From NCBI GenBank assembly GCA_050248855.1, contig JBFWRP010000001.1, forward strand, positions 59,134-123,133: a stretch of DNA of 64,000 nt. Direction: 5' to 3'. Under the pieces are notes generated by a model. That model did not search any database. It was not told the origin of the DNA and was given only the letters and a program-made list of their open reading frames with translations. Position 1 is the stretch's first letter; every line of letters starts with the position of its first letter. A program made the position numbers and the translations under genes. Of the stretch, positions 44,901 to 52,615 are shown piece by piece. Source of the DNA: Planctomycetota bacterium (lineage in GTDB: Bacteria; Planctomycetota; PLA2; JAEUHO01).

Positions 44901-47775
44901 ACGTCTGGAGCCCCTGCGCACGAGCGGGGCACTCGGCGCGGACGTGCTCGCGCGCATCGGGACGTGGCAGCTCGCCCTTGGCGACGACTCCGCCCGCGAG
45001 CAGGCACGCCAAGCCGAGATCCAGGCCCTGCAGCCCTGGCAGCTGCGCAACCAGATCCGCTCGCACGCACGCAGCTTGTCGCGGCGGGGCGAGGCCGCCG
45101 GTGGCGAGCTCGAGCCCGCGGCGCTCCAGCTCGTGGAGGCCCTCCTGGCCCGCGTGCCGGACCCGGCTTCGTACACCGGCGACCTGCTCTCCCTCTACAT
45201 GCCCACCAAGGACCACCGCGTCGTGGCCATGCTCGCGCCGGGCCTCGTCGGGTTCACCACGGAACGGGCCTACAGCACGCTCGCAGCGCTGTCCGCCATC
45301 GTGGCGTCGGTCCACGAGGAGGCCACGATCGACGTCCTGCGCGAAGCGCTTGCCGGGCTTCGCGATCGGGCGCAGAGCCCCGTCGACCGCCGCGTGCTCG
45401 ATCTCGCCGAAGCCCGCGTGGCCGCGCGCGCGGCCGAGGTCCTGATGGCGGACCCGGCCCATGCGCGGGCCGCCGTGGCCGCGCTCGAGCGGGCGCTGGT
45501 CGCCGAACCGGTCGAGGGCGAGAGGTTGCTGCTCGCACGCCACCTCGTCAGCCTCGGGGCCCAGCGCGACCACGCGCTTGTCGACGTCGTCGTGCGCGGG
45601 CTCCGCGGGCTGATGGAGGGTCTGCCGGCGGCTGGCGAGGAGCGCCTGCGCATCGGCACGATGCTCGCGGGGCTGTTCGGCAACCTGAAGCGCTTCGACG
45701 CCCAGGAAGACCTCCTGGCCGGCCTGTGGGGCGAGGTCCGTGCGGCGCGGCCCGCGGAGCTCGATGTCGCGTCGAGCGAGTTGCTGCGCGCCCTCGTGGA
45801 CGCGCGGCTGGCGCGAGGACACGCGGAGCGCGCCGAAGCCGCCCTGCTGGCCGAGCTTGCCGAGCGCCCGGAAGCCCCGGCCGTCGACAGCTGGCGCGAG
45901 AAGCTCTTCGACGTGCGCGTGAACGCCCTGCAGCGCGGTCTCAGGACGAGACTCGGCGAGGGTGCCACCCTGTACCGCGCGCTGCGCGACGCACTCCGGT
46001 CGCGACTCGACGAGGAGGCCGACCGCGCCAGCGAGATCGCGTCGCGACTGGCCCAGGTGCACCAGGTCGCCGCGCTGCACGCGGCGTTGAAGGCCGTCGC
46101 CCGCGACGACCTGGAGGCCTGGTCGCAACAGGCGCTGCCGGCCGTACTGCGCCGCTTGCCCCAACAGGCCACGGGGGTAGCCGGCACGTTTGCGGGCGCC
46201 CTGGCCCAGCTCGGGGACCCGGCCGCGGGCCTCGCCCTGCTGCTGGATCGGGCCGAGGCCGAGCCGCGCTTCCTGGAGCGCGTGGAGTGGGACGTCGCGT
46301 CCCGTCAGCTGGATGCGATGGCCGTGTGGCGCCACGACGCGGGGGCCGTGGCCCGACCGCTGGTGGCGCGCCTCTTCGCGCTGGTGGAAGCCGCGCTCGA
46401 AGCGGCCCTCACGACCGGCGAGCGACACGGCAGTCGATTCTGGAACGCCCATGACCGGTACGGCTGGTCCGAGCGCTTCGACGACATGCAGGCGTTGATC
46501 GAGCGCGTCGTGGAGCGCGAGAGCGACAACGCCTCGGTGGCGTGGCGTGGCGCGCAGATCCTGCACGGCCCGATGCGCCGTCCGGGTGCCGGCATCGACG
46601 TGCTCGAGGCCGCCGTCGGTCGTCTGCCCGACGAGGACAACCTGCGCCGGTCGCTGGCGGGGTGGCTCCTGGAAGCGGGTCGCGCCTCGCGTGCGCGCCC
46701 GCATGCCGAGCTCCTCGTGAAGCAGCGCCCCGACCACTGGAACGACCGCGACCTGCTCGCGCGCGTCTTGATCGCCGTGCGCGACCAAGCGGCGCTCGGC
46801 GAGCTGCTCGACGAGACGGCGCGTCTCTGGCGGGAGAAGAAAGCCTTCCCCTCGGGCACGGCCCGGCACCTCGGGGAGCGCGCCACCGAGGGTGGCCTGG
46901 GCGATCGTGCCCTGGCCTGGCTGGACGAAGCCGTGCGGCTGAGGCGCGAGGAGCGCGGCGATGTGGGCGGCCAGGACCACTGGTTGGCCGACACCTACAC
47001 GTTGCTCGCCCGGGCCCGATCCGCTGCGGGCGACGACGCAGGGGCGTTCGAAGCCTCGCGGGCCGCGCTCGTGATGACGTCCGCGCGCGATGCCAACCGC
47101 GTCCGCGAGGCGCGTCAGGAGATCGAGAAGGTCCTCGCGGGCGCGCGGGACCTCGCCTCCTTGGACGCGGCCTACGAGGCGGAGGTCGCCGAGTCGGGCT
47201 TGGACGCGGCCGTCCTGCGGCAGGCGTTCGCCGCGGTCTGGCGCCAGCAGGGCAGGCTGGAGCGGGCGGAGCACCACCTGCTCGAGGCCCGCGACGTCGA
47301 GCCCGACGACGCCAGCGTGCACGGCGCGTTGGTGGCGCTGTACGACGAGATGAAGCGGCCGGCGGATGCGGTGGCCGCGCTCTACGGCTCGATCGAGCTG
47401 GCCCCGCTCGGCTACGACGCCTACGAAGACCTCGCGCGGCGTTTGGCGGCTCTCGGCGACGAGGCCGGGCGAGAACGCGCGCTCACGTCCCTGGCCGAGC
47501 CCGCGCCGCACCAGGCGGAAGGACATCGTCGTCTGGGCCGTGCGTTCACGGGCGACGGTCGGTTGGACGCCGCGCTCGTGCAGTGGGCGCAGGTCGTTCG
47601 CACCGAGCGCCTGGATCCCACCGGCTGGCTCGAGTACGCGGAGGCCGCCGTACGCGCGGGCGACACGGCCACGGCACGCAAGGCGTTGCAGCACGTCCTG
47701 GAAGGAAGCTGGGAAGAGCGCTTCGGCCCCGTCAAGCAACAGGCCGCCGCGCGACTCGCCCGCCTGCCCTCATGA
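38968..47775 (+). CDS. Giant secreted VIT-vWA protein with an alpha-helical (TPR/HEAT-like) C-terminal extension of about 2,100 aa
   Basis: 8,808-nt uninterrupted frame with a good SD. Signal peptide MRALGLVSLAIVLTAVVLPPLLAGG. VIT domain (FRFPLPAGASISGFAMWIGDEMVEADIVERQRARQIYEDIL...NLFQARVFPI...RVRYTQVLP). vWA domain with MIDAS (VVLVADTSGSMS). Then an acidic disordered linker and a helical region of about 2,100 aa with no P-loop. Confidence 0.85.
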   Translation: MRALGLVSLAIVLTAVVLPPLLAGGRIGEAGDDDHPPVADDGRAGTVRTAQGTVLVRPAGSLRFTPLARGDLLAVGDFVRTAVPGAHLAELDLVGSRVVLGPGTTVRLAARDAVHVVQGELEVVPAPGASVQVTGPGSFARTVTGAPAAEGGLAPRLQLRSDGRGVVELEKEPRWLTSWRAAAGAAWAGGLTAQIDGRDVDLAVVRHEVTVEVRDQLARTTIEQVFRNATDVRTEGTFRFPLPAGASISGFAMWIGDEMVEADIVERQRARQIYEDILRRKKDPGLLEWEGGNLFQARVFPIEARSTKRVRVRYTQVLPLQGQAYRYRVPLTSELLRQKPLEHLSVKLRLQSETPIARVTSPTHPVNARTTAHTADVEYMLEGASPDRDFEVEVALTSPPDLVLLPHRRGDDGYFLVQLRPPTPEAQGFERTLVPEGKPLDVVLVADTSGSMSASAREAQDQLFRAFVALLGAEDRVRLLAYDVKPVWLLEEPAAPDAQELAGALDALAARRSLGWSDVDAGLEAALAAAPAGGLVVHVGDGIVTTGDADPQAGAARLAALGERFPGRAVHAVAPSSTYEAPVLEALARIGGGSMRTTDPAAPASTAAALLRDALLPQWKNLKLRIEGVPTARVYPEVLPNTPAGTQLMVLGRFAPTQGDTQVTVHVEGDGPEGPVRVSTRAVLPGTDGGNDFLPRLWARRHLDALLEQGPDAETQAEIVEFSERFGILTPYTSLLVLESDEDRERYGVGRRVHMRDGERFFAEARDTAVLEARRAALREASGWRTWLRAAAMQEIAGLGRDFGVPFPPPDPGVVTRGEGADSALGELLDATLGLRDQLQAGKLLELKHEGGEWAGGLEEEAEGSFGRRGGASPGSGGMPPPASAPRPRAATRAMDQGDSVDGRLADRGLYASEESEEGLEAAAAEPQLAGPSIEDLDFETDNDDYAPADRRASLQRARKRPSGRREDPRLAQSSSLWASLRTSPWWDGLGWRERPAPGPSATSLGFPHVPPDLPVAEPEAPETPWPADLRERLGALLRRARFVPTAGAWHVTVLERTMHPLRGIPTHARRSESWVAADGWYQTLRQATSGSEAAQWWLLGRRGAVDVITRLAMTRAGSARDAGDWGLPLADLENDRLVAALEHSHDVRITSDTEGRVTFRFTPRGPRPGTWREWVVDTARKALVEERMGDERTGRVHWRRVHEGLVEVAGVTLPSRTVSYDRDGRVNADQAFTWELVDATAWTAAAARLANPGEDVLVLDAELASLDDARLAVAEGKAGLRDHLSLLVDAASRADGDAVATHLRAARGANPATPEAFDAIALGVLGRVRRPDDMAALRPRLLADAKASPPSRAIARALRALRGLGAQLGANEVLALLESVAGLLTSDQDVVVAEEAAWRDLVHDRARLQALARAERRREAVAFLAELAERWPAELDLQLAWSRALRERGDRAAARAWLTGALERGAPWLDHELDSLYTTITDGLWQDRLLDDLVQATTAWTSKRPDNPESWKRAATIAYLTGRDAETDAEQLGLLAAPPAGHDDDVLAARQQTAVWLLLGDGWLFDVQGILPQHAEALARFAAAAFAQDGSPPPRMWSLAGRIATHWRFRRTEGNRLLEAALREQLLEGVTSATTERLRVLLGRVVLRGDARGEDRARVLEALRARHAAAEALDERDALADMLLGLLDQAGEGEAALDFQRGRLARRRAAGEPVEAIVRDLVERLLRTDDGDAAREDEVVALVGTFAGTQEDHRAATADAASWSRRLAGRFEDWRERTALGSLEDLAKLSREAQREARREARDAARSQLVTRLPALAPALPDAFATWLELEALAASVQSGTDIEARTAAALGRLGAEWARDRRPSERVQRERLATAIAFAALRRSPPEGLADRLLAVLDAIHEADAFALEVGADEEVVEILLDARYHVARLLVALDRGSEVRERLAAWVGTEGSSSRWTVLLAHLEAEAGDLAAAVARLEPLRTSGALGADVLARIGTWQLALGDDSAREQARQAEIQALQPWQLRNQIRSHARSLSRRGEAAGGELEPAALQLVEALLARVPDPASYTGDLLSLYMPTKDHRVVAMLAPGLVGFTTERAYSTLAALSAIVASVHEEATIDVLREALAGLRDRAQSPVDRRVLDLAEARVAARAAEVLMADPAHARAAVAALERALVAEPVEGERLLLARHLVSLGAQRDHALVDVVVRGLRGLMEGLPAAGEERLRIGTMLAGLFGNLKRFDAQEDLLAGLWGEVRAARPAELDVASSELLRALVDARLARGHAERAEAALLAELAERPEAPAVDSWREKLFDVRVNALQRGLRTRLGEGATLYRALRDALRSRLDEEADRASEIASRLAQVHQVAALHAALKAVARDDLEAWSQQALPAVLRRLPQQATGVAGTFAGALAQLGDPAAGLALLLDRAEAEPRFLERVEWDVASRQLDAMAVWRHDAGAVARPLVARLFALVEAALEAALTTGERHGSRFWNAHDRYGWSERFDDMQALIERVVERESDNASVAWRGAQILHGPMRRPGAGIDVLEAAVGRLPDEDNLRRSLAGWLLEAGRASRARPHAELLVKQRPDHWNDRDLLARVLIAVRDQAALGELLDETARLWREKKAFPSGTARHLGERATEGGLGDRALAWLDEAVRLRREERGDVGGQDHWLADTYTLLARARSAAGDDAGAFEASRAALVMTSARDANRVREARQEIEKVLAGARDLASLDAAYEAEVAESGLDAAVLRQAFAAVWRQQGRLERAEHHLLEARDVEPDDASVHGALVALYDEMKRPADAVAALYGSIELAPLGYDAYEDLARRLAALGDEAGRERALTSLAEPAPHQAEGHRRLGRAFTGDGRLDAALVQWAQVVRTERLDPTGWLEYAEAAVRAGDTATARKALQHVLEGSWEERFGPVKQQAAARLARLPS

Positions 47776-47809
47776 CCCCTCCACGGCGGCGTCCGGCTAC
47801 CCTGGAGGC

Positions 47810-48115
47810 ATGCCCGAGGCCCCCGTCGTCGAACCGGAGCAGACGACCGACACCACGACGCAGGACGCGCCGCGGTGGAAGGTCCTGCTCCACGACGACG
47901 ACGTCACGACCATCGACTTCGTCGTGTGGCTCTTGATGCGCGTCTTTGCCAAGCCGGCGGAGGAAGCCGTGGAGCTGACGCTCAAGGTGCACCGCACGGG
48001 CGTGGCCATCGTGGCCGTCACCAGCTTCGAGCGCGCCGAGCTCTACGTGGAGCAGGTCCACTCGCTGGCCCGCCCCCGCGGCTATCCCCTCACCGCCACC
48101 CTCGAACAGGCCTAG
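47810..48115 (+). CDS. clpS: ATP-dependent Clp protease adaptor
   Basis: RWKVLLHDDDVTTIDFVVWLLMRVF...HRTGVAIVAVTSFERAELYVEQV matches the ClpS core. 35 nt downstream of the giant ORF. No clpA follows. Confidence 0.85.
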   Translation: MPEAPVVEPEQTTDTTTQDAPRWKVLLHDDDVTTIDFVVWLLMRVFAKPAEEAVELTLKVHRTGVAIVAVTSFERAELYVEQVHSLARPRGYPLTATLEQA

Positions 48116-48202
48116 GTGGGTGCACGATTTGGGGTGCGAGCGTGCGGCTCGCCAGATGCTTGGTCCCGCGCCTCCATCGGCTCCTCGAGTCCGTAGCACC
48201 TT

Positions 48203-48229
48203 GCGCGGCCGGCCAAGGCCGGCCGACGC
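48203..48229 (+). terminator. GC-rich hairpin (GGCCGGCC-AA-GGCCGGCC) downstream of clpS
   Basis: Perfect 8-bp stem with a 2-nt loop and flanking partial pairing. No U-tract, as expected in high-GC genomes. Confidence 0.35.
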
Positions 48230-48310
48230 AGACCACGAGTCGTCGCCGATGGAGGCGCGCTACCGTCGCCCTGGCGACCCGATGCGATGTCATTGCCCAT
48301 CCAGGAAACC

Positions 48311-48400
48311 GTGTGTACGGAGGCGGGGCTTCCTTCCGCAGCTTGCCGATCGGTGCCCGCGCCTGGGAGGGATTCCTTCGGCAGGCTGCGGAAGGATTCC
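48311..48400. repeat. Degenerate third copy of the palindromic element
   Basis: Left terminus TGTGTACGGAGGCGGGG and right terminus GGATTCCCCGCCACC resemble the GTACGGAGGCGGGAAA / TTTCCCGCCTCCGTAC ends. An internal CCTTCCGCAGC / GCTGCGGAAGG stem is also present. Confidence 0.45.
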
Positions 48401-48664
48401 CCGCCACCTGCTGCCTCTGGTCCGCGGGTTCATCCCCCGCGCCGAAGGCGCAACCTGGCTTCTCATCCCCATGCCCAGGCCCCGATTGTCCAAGGGGCCG
48501 CCTACGCCGGCGGGCGACATGTCGCTCGACTACGTGATCGGGGCGCCAGGGCGAGGGCCGCGGGCAGCCGCGCGGTCTGTCCACGCAAGGACCCAGCGCG
48601 GCAATCCGCGGCCCCGCACCTGACGCGCCGCACCTTCGCGCGACACGAGCTTCGACCGACCCAG

Positions 48665-48805
48665 CTAGCAGGGCTCGTCGAGGAGGTCGCACGGCTCGTA
48701 GCAGGACCACGGGTCGTTGCAGCGAGCCTTCATGCAGCCGGCCAGCGTGAGCGTGCCGAGCGCGAGGGCGAGAACGGCGAGGATGCGGAAGTTACGAGCG
48801 CGCAT
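48665..48805 (-). CDS. Tiny cysteine-rich lipoprotein (46 aa)
   Basis: MRARNFRILAVLALALGTLTLAGC lipobox, then a 23-aa mature peptide with 5 Cys (CMKARCNDPWSCYEPCDLLDEPC). Confidence 0.5.
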   Translation of the reverse strand: MRARNFRILAVLALALGTLTLAGCMKARCNDPWSCYEPCDLLDEPC

Positions 48806-48858
48806 GGAGACTCCAGGGGATGGGTGCCGGTAGGACGCGCCACCACGAAGCCCCTTGG

Positions 48859-49050
48859 TCAGGGGCAACAGCGATCCGGAGGCGGGTCCTGACACAGGGA
48901 CGGACAGACCGGGCCGAAGCGCCCCGGGGGCCACGCCTCGCACTCGCAGTCCACGGACCGGCTGGCACAGCCCCCCAGGCCCAGCAGGGCCAGGAGCAGC
49001 AGTGCCAGCACGGCGCGGCCAGGAAGCGAACGGTGGTCGACGGTACGCAC
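48859..49050 (-). CDS. Tiny cysteine-rich lipoprotein (63 aa)
   Basis: GTG start, signal and lipobox LLALLGLGGC, then a 36-aa mature peptide with 8 Cys (CASRSVDCECEAWPPGRFGPVCPSLCQDPPPDRCCP). Confidence 0.45.
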   Translation of the reverse strand: MRTVDHRSLPGRAVLALLLLALLGLGGCASRSVDCECEAWPPGRFGPVCPSLCQDPPPDRCCP

Positions 49051-49192
49051 GGACGAGCCCTCCCTCGCATCGGCTGTCAGGCCCTGGCGACTTTACCGCC
49101 CGGCGGATCGGACCGGTAGCGAAGAGGCTTCGCGGCCCTACGGCCTCTCCCCCACGCGATGGCCGGGTGGCGGGGCCACCGCGGAGCCCGCT

Positions 49193-50887
49193 ATGCTCCG
49201 CCCGATGCACCGCGCCTTCCTGCTGCTCACGCTTGCCTCGTGCCTCACGGCCGCTTCCGCCTGGGCGCGCGACGACGATGTCGAGGCCCTCGTCGCCCAG
49301 CTCGAGAAGAACGCGCGGGATCCCTTCGAGCAGCGCGAGCGCGAGGCGGCGATCCGCAAGCTGGCCGACGTGGCCACCCCTTCGGCGGCCGAGGCCCTGG
49401 TCCCGATCCTCGACGACCCCTTCGAGCACCTCCACGATCGCGTCGTGTCCGCATGGATCGAGATGCTGCGCACGAACCGTAGCGGCGACCTGCACACGAT
49501 GTTCGCCCAGCGCCTCCTGAAGCACCGCAACCCGGCGGTTCGCGCCGGAGCGGCCACTGCGCTCGGGCTGTCCAGCGGTGCGGAGATGGCCGAGGACTTC
49601 CGCGGCTCGCTTCGCTCCGAGAAGGACGCGAGCGTTCTCGTGCGCCTCTGCCAGGGCGCCCTGAAGCTGCGGGAGAAGCCGGATCTGGCGGGTGCCTTCG
49701 TGCCCTTGCTCGGCCACAAGGACGGCGCCGTCGTCGAGGCGGCCGCCCTGGCTTGCGTGCGGTACGAGCCCGGCGACGAGACGGACGCCGCCCTGCGCAA
49801 GGCGCTCGCGCGCCACAGGGACCCGCTGGCGCGCGCGGGCGCGCTGCAGGCACTGGCGGCACGCGGAACGCTGGCGGCGGCCGACTTCGGCGAAGGGTTC
49901 TCCGACGACGCGATCGAGACACGCGTGGCCCTTGCCCGTGCGTTGCCCTCCCCATCCCCCCATCTCGCGGTTCCCGGACCGGGGCGCGATGTGCTCGTGT
50001 CCCTCTTGGGCGACCCGTCGTGGCGTGTGCGGGTGGCGGCGGTGCAAGCAGCGCTTCGGCTCTGGCACGCGGACGTCGTCATGCCCCTGATCGCGCGTCT
50101 GGAGGTCGAGACCGGCCGCGTGCGCGACGACGTGCACCGGGCCCTGGTCACGCTGACGGGCGCCGATGTCGCCGCGGACGCGCAGCTGTGGACCGTGTGG
50201 TGGGCGGCGCGGGGCGAGACGTTCGACCCCGGCGAGCGCCCGGATGCGGACGCCGGGGGGCGGATCCGCTTCCGGGAGCCGCAGCACGGCAACGGCTCAC
50301 CCGGTACGAAGACGGTCGCCTTCTACGACCTGCCGCTCGCGAGCGAGAGGCTGGTCTTCGTGTTCGATCTCTCGGGCAGCATGGGCAAGGCGGACGGCGA
50401 TGCCGCGGGACGCAGCAAGCTCGACGTGCTGCGCGAGCGGTTTGCGACCGTCCTGGCCGAGCTCCCCGAGTCGACGCACTTCGACGTGTGGGTGTGGCGC
50501 TACCCCAGCTCCTACCCGCCCAAGCCGAAGCTGGAGCGCGCCTTCGACAAGCTCCAGCCGCTGACGGCAGGCAACCGTGCCAAGGCCCAGAAGTGGATGG
50601 CCAAGCAGGAAGCCAAGGGCTGGGGCGCGTTCTTCGAGCCCATCGAGGCCGCCCTCACCGAGGACATCGACACGCTGGTCCTCCTCTCGGACGGTGTACC
50701 CAGCCGAGGCCGCTACGAGCGCCGCGATCGCCTGCTCGTCGAAGTCGCCCAGGCCAACCGCTACGCGGGCCTTCGCGTGGACACGATCCTCGCCGGGACC
50801 AAGGGCACCGACCGCGCCTTCATGGACGACCTCGCCGCTTCGACGGGAGGCCGTTCCCGGGCCGTTGCCGGCCGCGAAGATCGCTGA
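49193..50887 (+). CDS. Secreted HEAT-repeat + vWA domain protein
   Basis: Signal peptide, an N-terminal HEAT/PBS-lyase repeat region of about 330 aa, and a C-terminal vWA with MIDAS (VFVFDLSGSMGK). Confidence 0.75.
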   Translation: MLRPMHRAFLLLTLASCLTAASAWARDDDVEALVAQLEKNARDPFEQREREAAIRKLADVATPSAAEALVPILDDPFEHLHDRVVSAWIEMLRTNRSGDLHTMFAQRLLKHRNPAVRAGAATALGLSSGAEMAEDFRGSLRSEKDASVLVRLCQGALKLREKPDLAGAFVPLLGHKDGAVVEAAALACVRYEPGDETDAALRKALARHRDPLARAGALQALAARGTLAAADFGEGFSDDAIETRVALARALPSPSPHLAVPGPGRDVLVSLLGDPSWRVRVAAVQAALRLWHADVVMPLIARLEVETGRVRDDVHRALVTLTGADVAADAQLWTVWWAARGETFDPGERPDADAGGRIRFREPQHGNGSPGTKTVAFYDLPLASERLVFVFDLSGSMGKADGDAAGRSKLDVLRERFATVLAELPESTHFDVWVWRYPSSYPPKPKLERAFDKLQPLTAGNRAKAQKWMAKQEAKGWGAFFEPIEAALTEDIDTLVLLSDGVPSRGRYERRDRLLVEVAQANRYAGLRVDTILAGTKGTDRAFMDDLAASTGGRSRAVAGREDR

Positions 50888-50956
50888 CGGGCGGGCATCG
50901 TGGACCTCGAGGTGGGCGGTGGTAGCGTGCCGCCCGCCGTTGGACGGGAGAACCGC

Positions 50957-52057
50957 ATGCGCCAGACGCCGCTCCGTGACCAGCATGTCGCCCTGGGGGC
51001 GCGCATGGTCGATTTCCACGGGTGGGAGATGCCCGTCCAGTACCGGGGCATCCTCGACGAGACCCGTTGCGTGCGCACGCGCGGCGGGATCTTCGACCTG
51101 TGCCACATGGGACGTCTCGAGATCACGGGGCCCGACCGCGAGCGTCTCGTCGAGCATGTCTTCAGCGCCAACCTCGGCAAGCTGAAGCATGGGCGTGCCA
51201 AGTACGGCTTCCTGCTCGACGAGGGCGGCTTCCCGCTCGATGACGTCCTCGTCTATCGCGACCACGACCTCGTCCACATGGTGATCAACGCCACCGGGCG
51301 CGGGCACGACGGCGCCTGGATCGAGTCCCGGCGCGACGCTGCGGGACTGGACGCGCACGTGCGCGAGGTCTCCGACCAGCAGGCGATGATCGCGTTGCAG
51401 GGCCCCGTCTCCGAGGCCGTGCTGCAGCCGCTCTGCGACGCGGACCTGGGCAAGCTCCGCTACTACGCGTTCACCAACGCCACGGTTCGCGACGTCCCGA
51501 CGCTGATCGCGCGCACGGGCTACACCGGGGAGGACGGCTTCGAGCTGTTCTTCGACCCGGCCGAGGCCGTGGCCACGTGGAAGGCCTTGCTGGCGACCGG
51601 CGCCGACCACGGGCTCGAGCCCATCGGCCTGGGCGCCCGGGACCTGCTGCGTCTCGAGGCCGGCATGCCTCTCTACGGTCAGGAGATCAACACGTCGATC
51701 GACCCGCTCGAGGCCGACTTGGCCTTCGGCGTGGACCTGGCCAAGACGGGCACCGTGGGCATTCCCGCGCTCGCCGACCGAAAGGCGCGGGGTCAGGCTC
51801 GCCACGCGGTCTCCCTCGCGGCCGAGGGTGGGCGCGTGCCGCGCACCGACACCGAGCTGTTCGATGCGCCCGAGAACGGCGAGCGCGTCGGGCGCGTCAC
51901 GAGCGGCGGCGTCAGCCCGACGCTCGGGCGCACGATCGCACGAGCCCTCGTCCAGACGGGCCACGAGAGCCTGGGCACGACGCTCTGGGCCGACGTACGC
52001 GGCAAGCGCTGGCCCCTGCAGGTCGTCCCCCACCCCTTCTACCGACGCGGCGCTTGA
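50957..52057 (+). CDS. gcvT: Glycine cleavage system T protein (aminomethyltransferase)
   Basis: MRQTPLRDQHVALGARMVDFHGWEMPVQY N-terminus and a full-length GcvT-like sequence. Confidence 0.9.
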   Translation: MRQTPLRDQHVALGARMVDFHGWEMPVQYRGILDETRCVRTRGGIFDLCHMGRLEITGPDRERLVEHVFSANLGKLKHGRAKYGFLLDEGGFPLDDVLVYRDHDLVHMVINATGRGHDGAWIESRRDAAGLDAHVREVSDQQAMIALQGPVSEAVLQPLCDADLGKLRYYAFTNATVRDVPTLIARTGYTGEDGFELFFDPAEAVATWKALLATGADHGLEPIGLGARDLLRLEAGMPLYGQEINTSIDPLEADLAFGVDLAKTGTVGIPALADRKARGQARHAVSLAAEGGRVPRTDTELFDAPENGERVGRVTSGGVSPTLGRTIARALVQTGHESLGTTLWADVRGKRWPLQVVPHPFYRRGA

Positions 52058-52181
52058 CACCCCCGGGGGGCGGCCTCGTCCCAGGCGCCGGGCACGGCTT
52101 CCGCGGCCCGTCCCGGACGCACGCGGAGCGCGAGGTCCGTGGCAGGATGTGCCGCTCGTCCAAGGCTCCCGGGAGGGTTCC

Positions 52182-52565
52182 ATGTCCGATCGTCCGAACG
52201 ACATCCGCTACACGTCGTCCCACGAGTGGGTCCGCAAGGAGGGCGGTGTCGCCACCATCGGCATCACCGACTTCGCCGTGGAGCACCTCGGCGACCTCGT
52301 GTTCGTCCAGCTCCCCGAGGTCGGTGACGAGGTCTCGGCCGGCGACAGCGTCTGCGAGGTGGAGAGCGTCAAGGCCGTTGGCGAGGTCTACAGCCCGGTC
52401 TCCGGAGAGGTCGTCGAAGTGAACGCGGCACTGGGCGACGACCAAGGCCCGCTCGCCGGCGACCCGTTTGGTGCGGGCTGGCTGTTCAAGGTGAAGACCG
52501 ACGACGACGTCTCCTCGCTGATGGACGTCGCCGCGTACGAGGCGCAGCTCGGCACGGCTTCCTGA
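52182..52565 (+). CDS. gcvH: Glycine cleavage system H protein
   Basis: YTSSHEWV...ESVKAV lipoyl-lysine motif context. Confidence 0.9.
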   Translation: MSDRPNDIRYTSSHEWVRKEGGVATIGITDFAVEHLGDLVFVQLPEVGDEVSAGDSVCEVESVKAVGEVYSPVSGEVVEVNAALGDDQGPLAGDPFGAGWLFKVKTDDDVSSLMDVAAYEAQLGTAS

Positions 52566-52615
52566 GAGGCGGACCAGCGTAGGGCGTTCCACGGGCGTCG
52601 CACGAAGGGGAAGGC

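Noticed and set aside
40159-47739. Long minus-strand ORFs (40159..43179, 44260..47739) antisense to the giant gene
   Set aside because: Antisense to a frame with VIT/vWA motifs and an SD-supported start. Composition is R/G/A/P-rich shadow.
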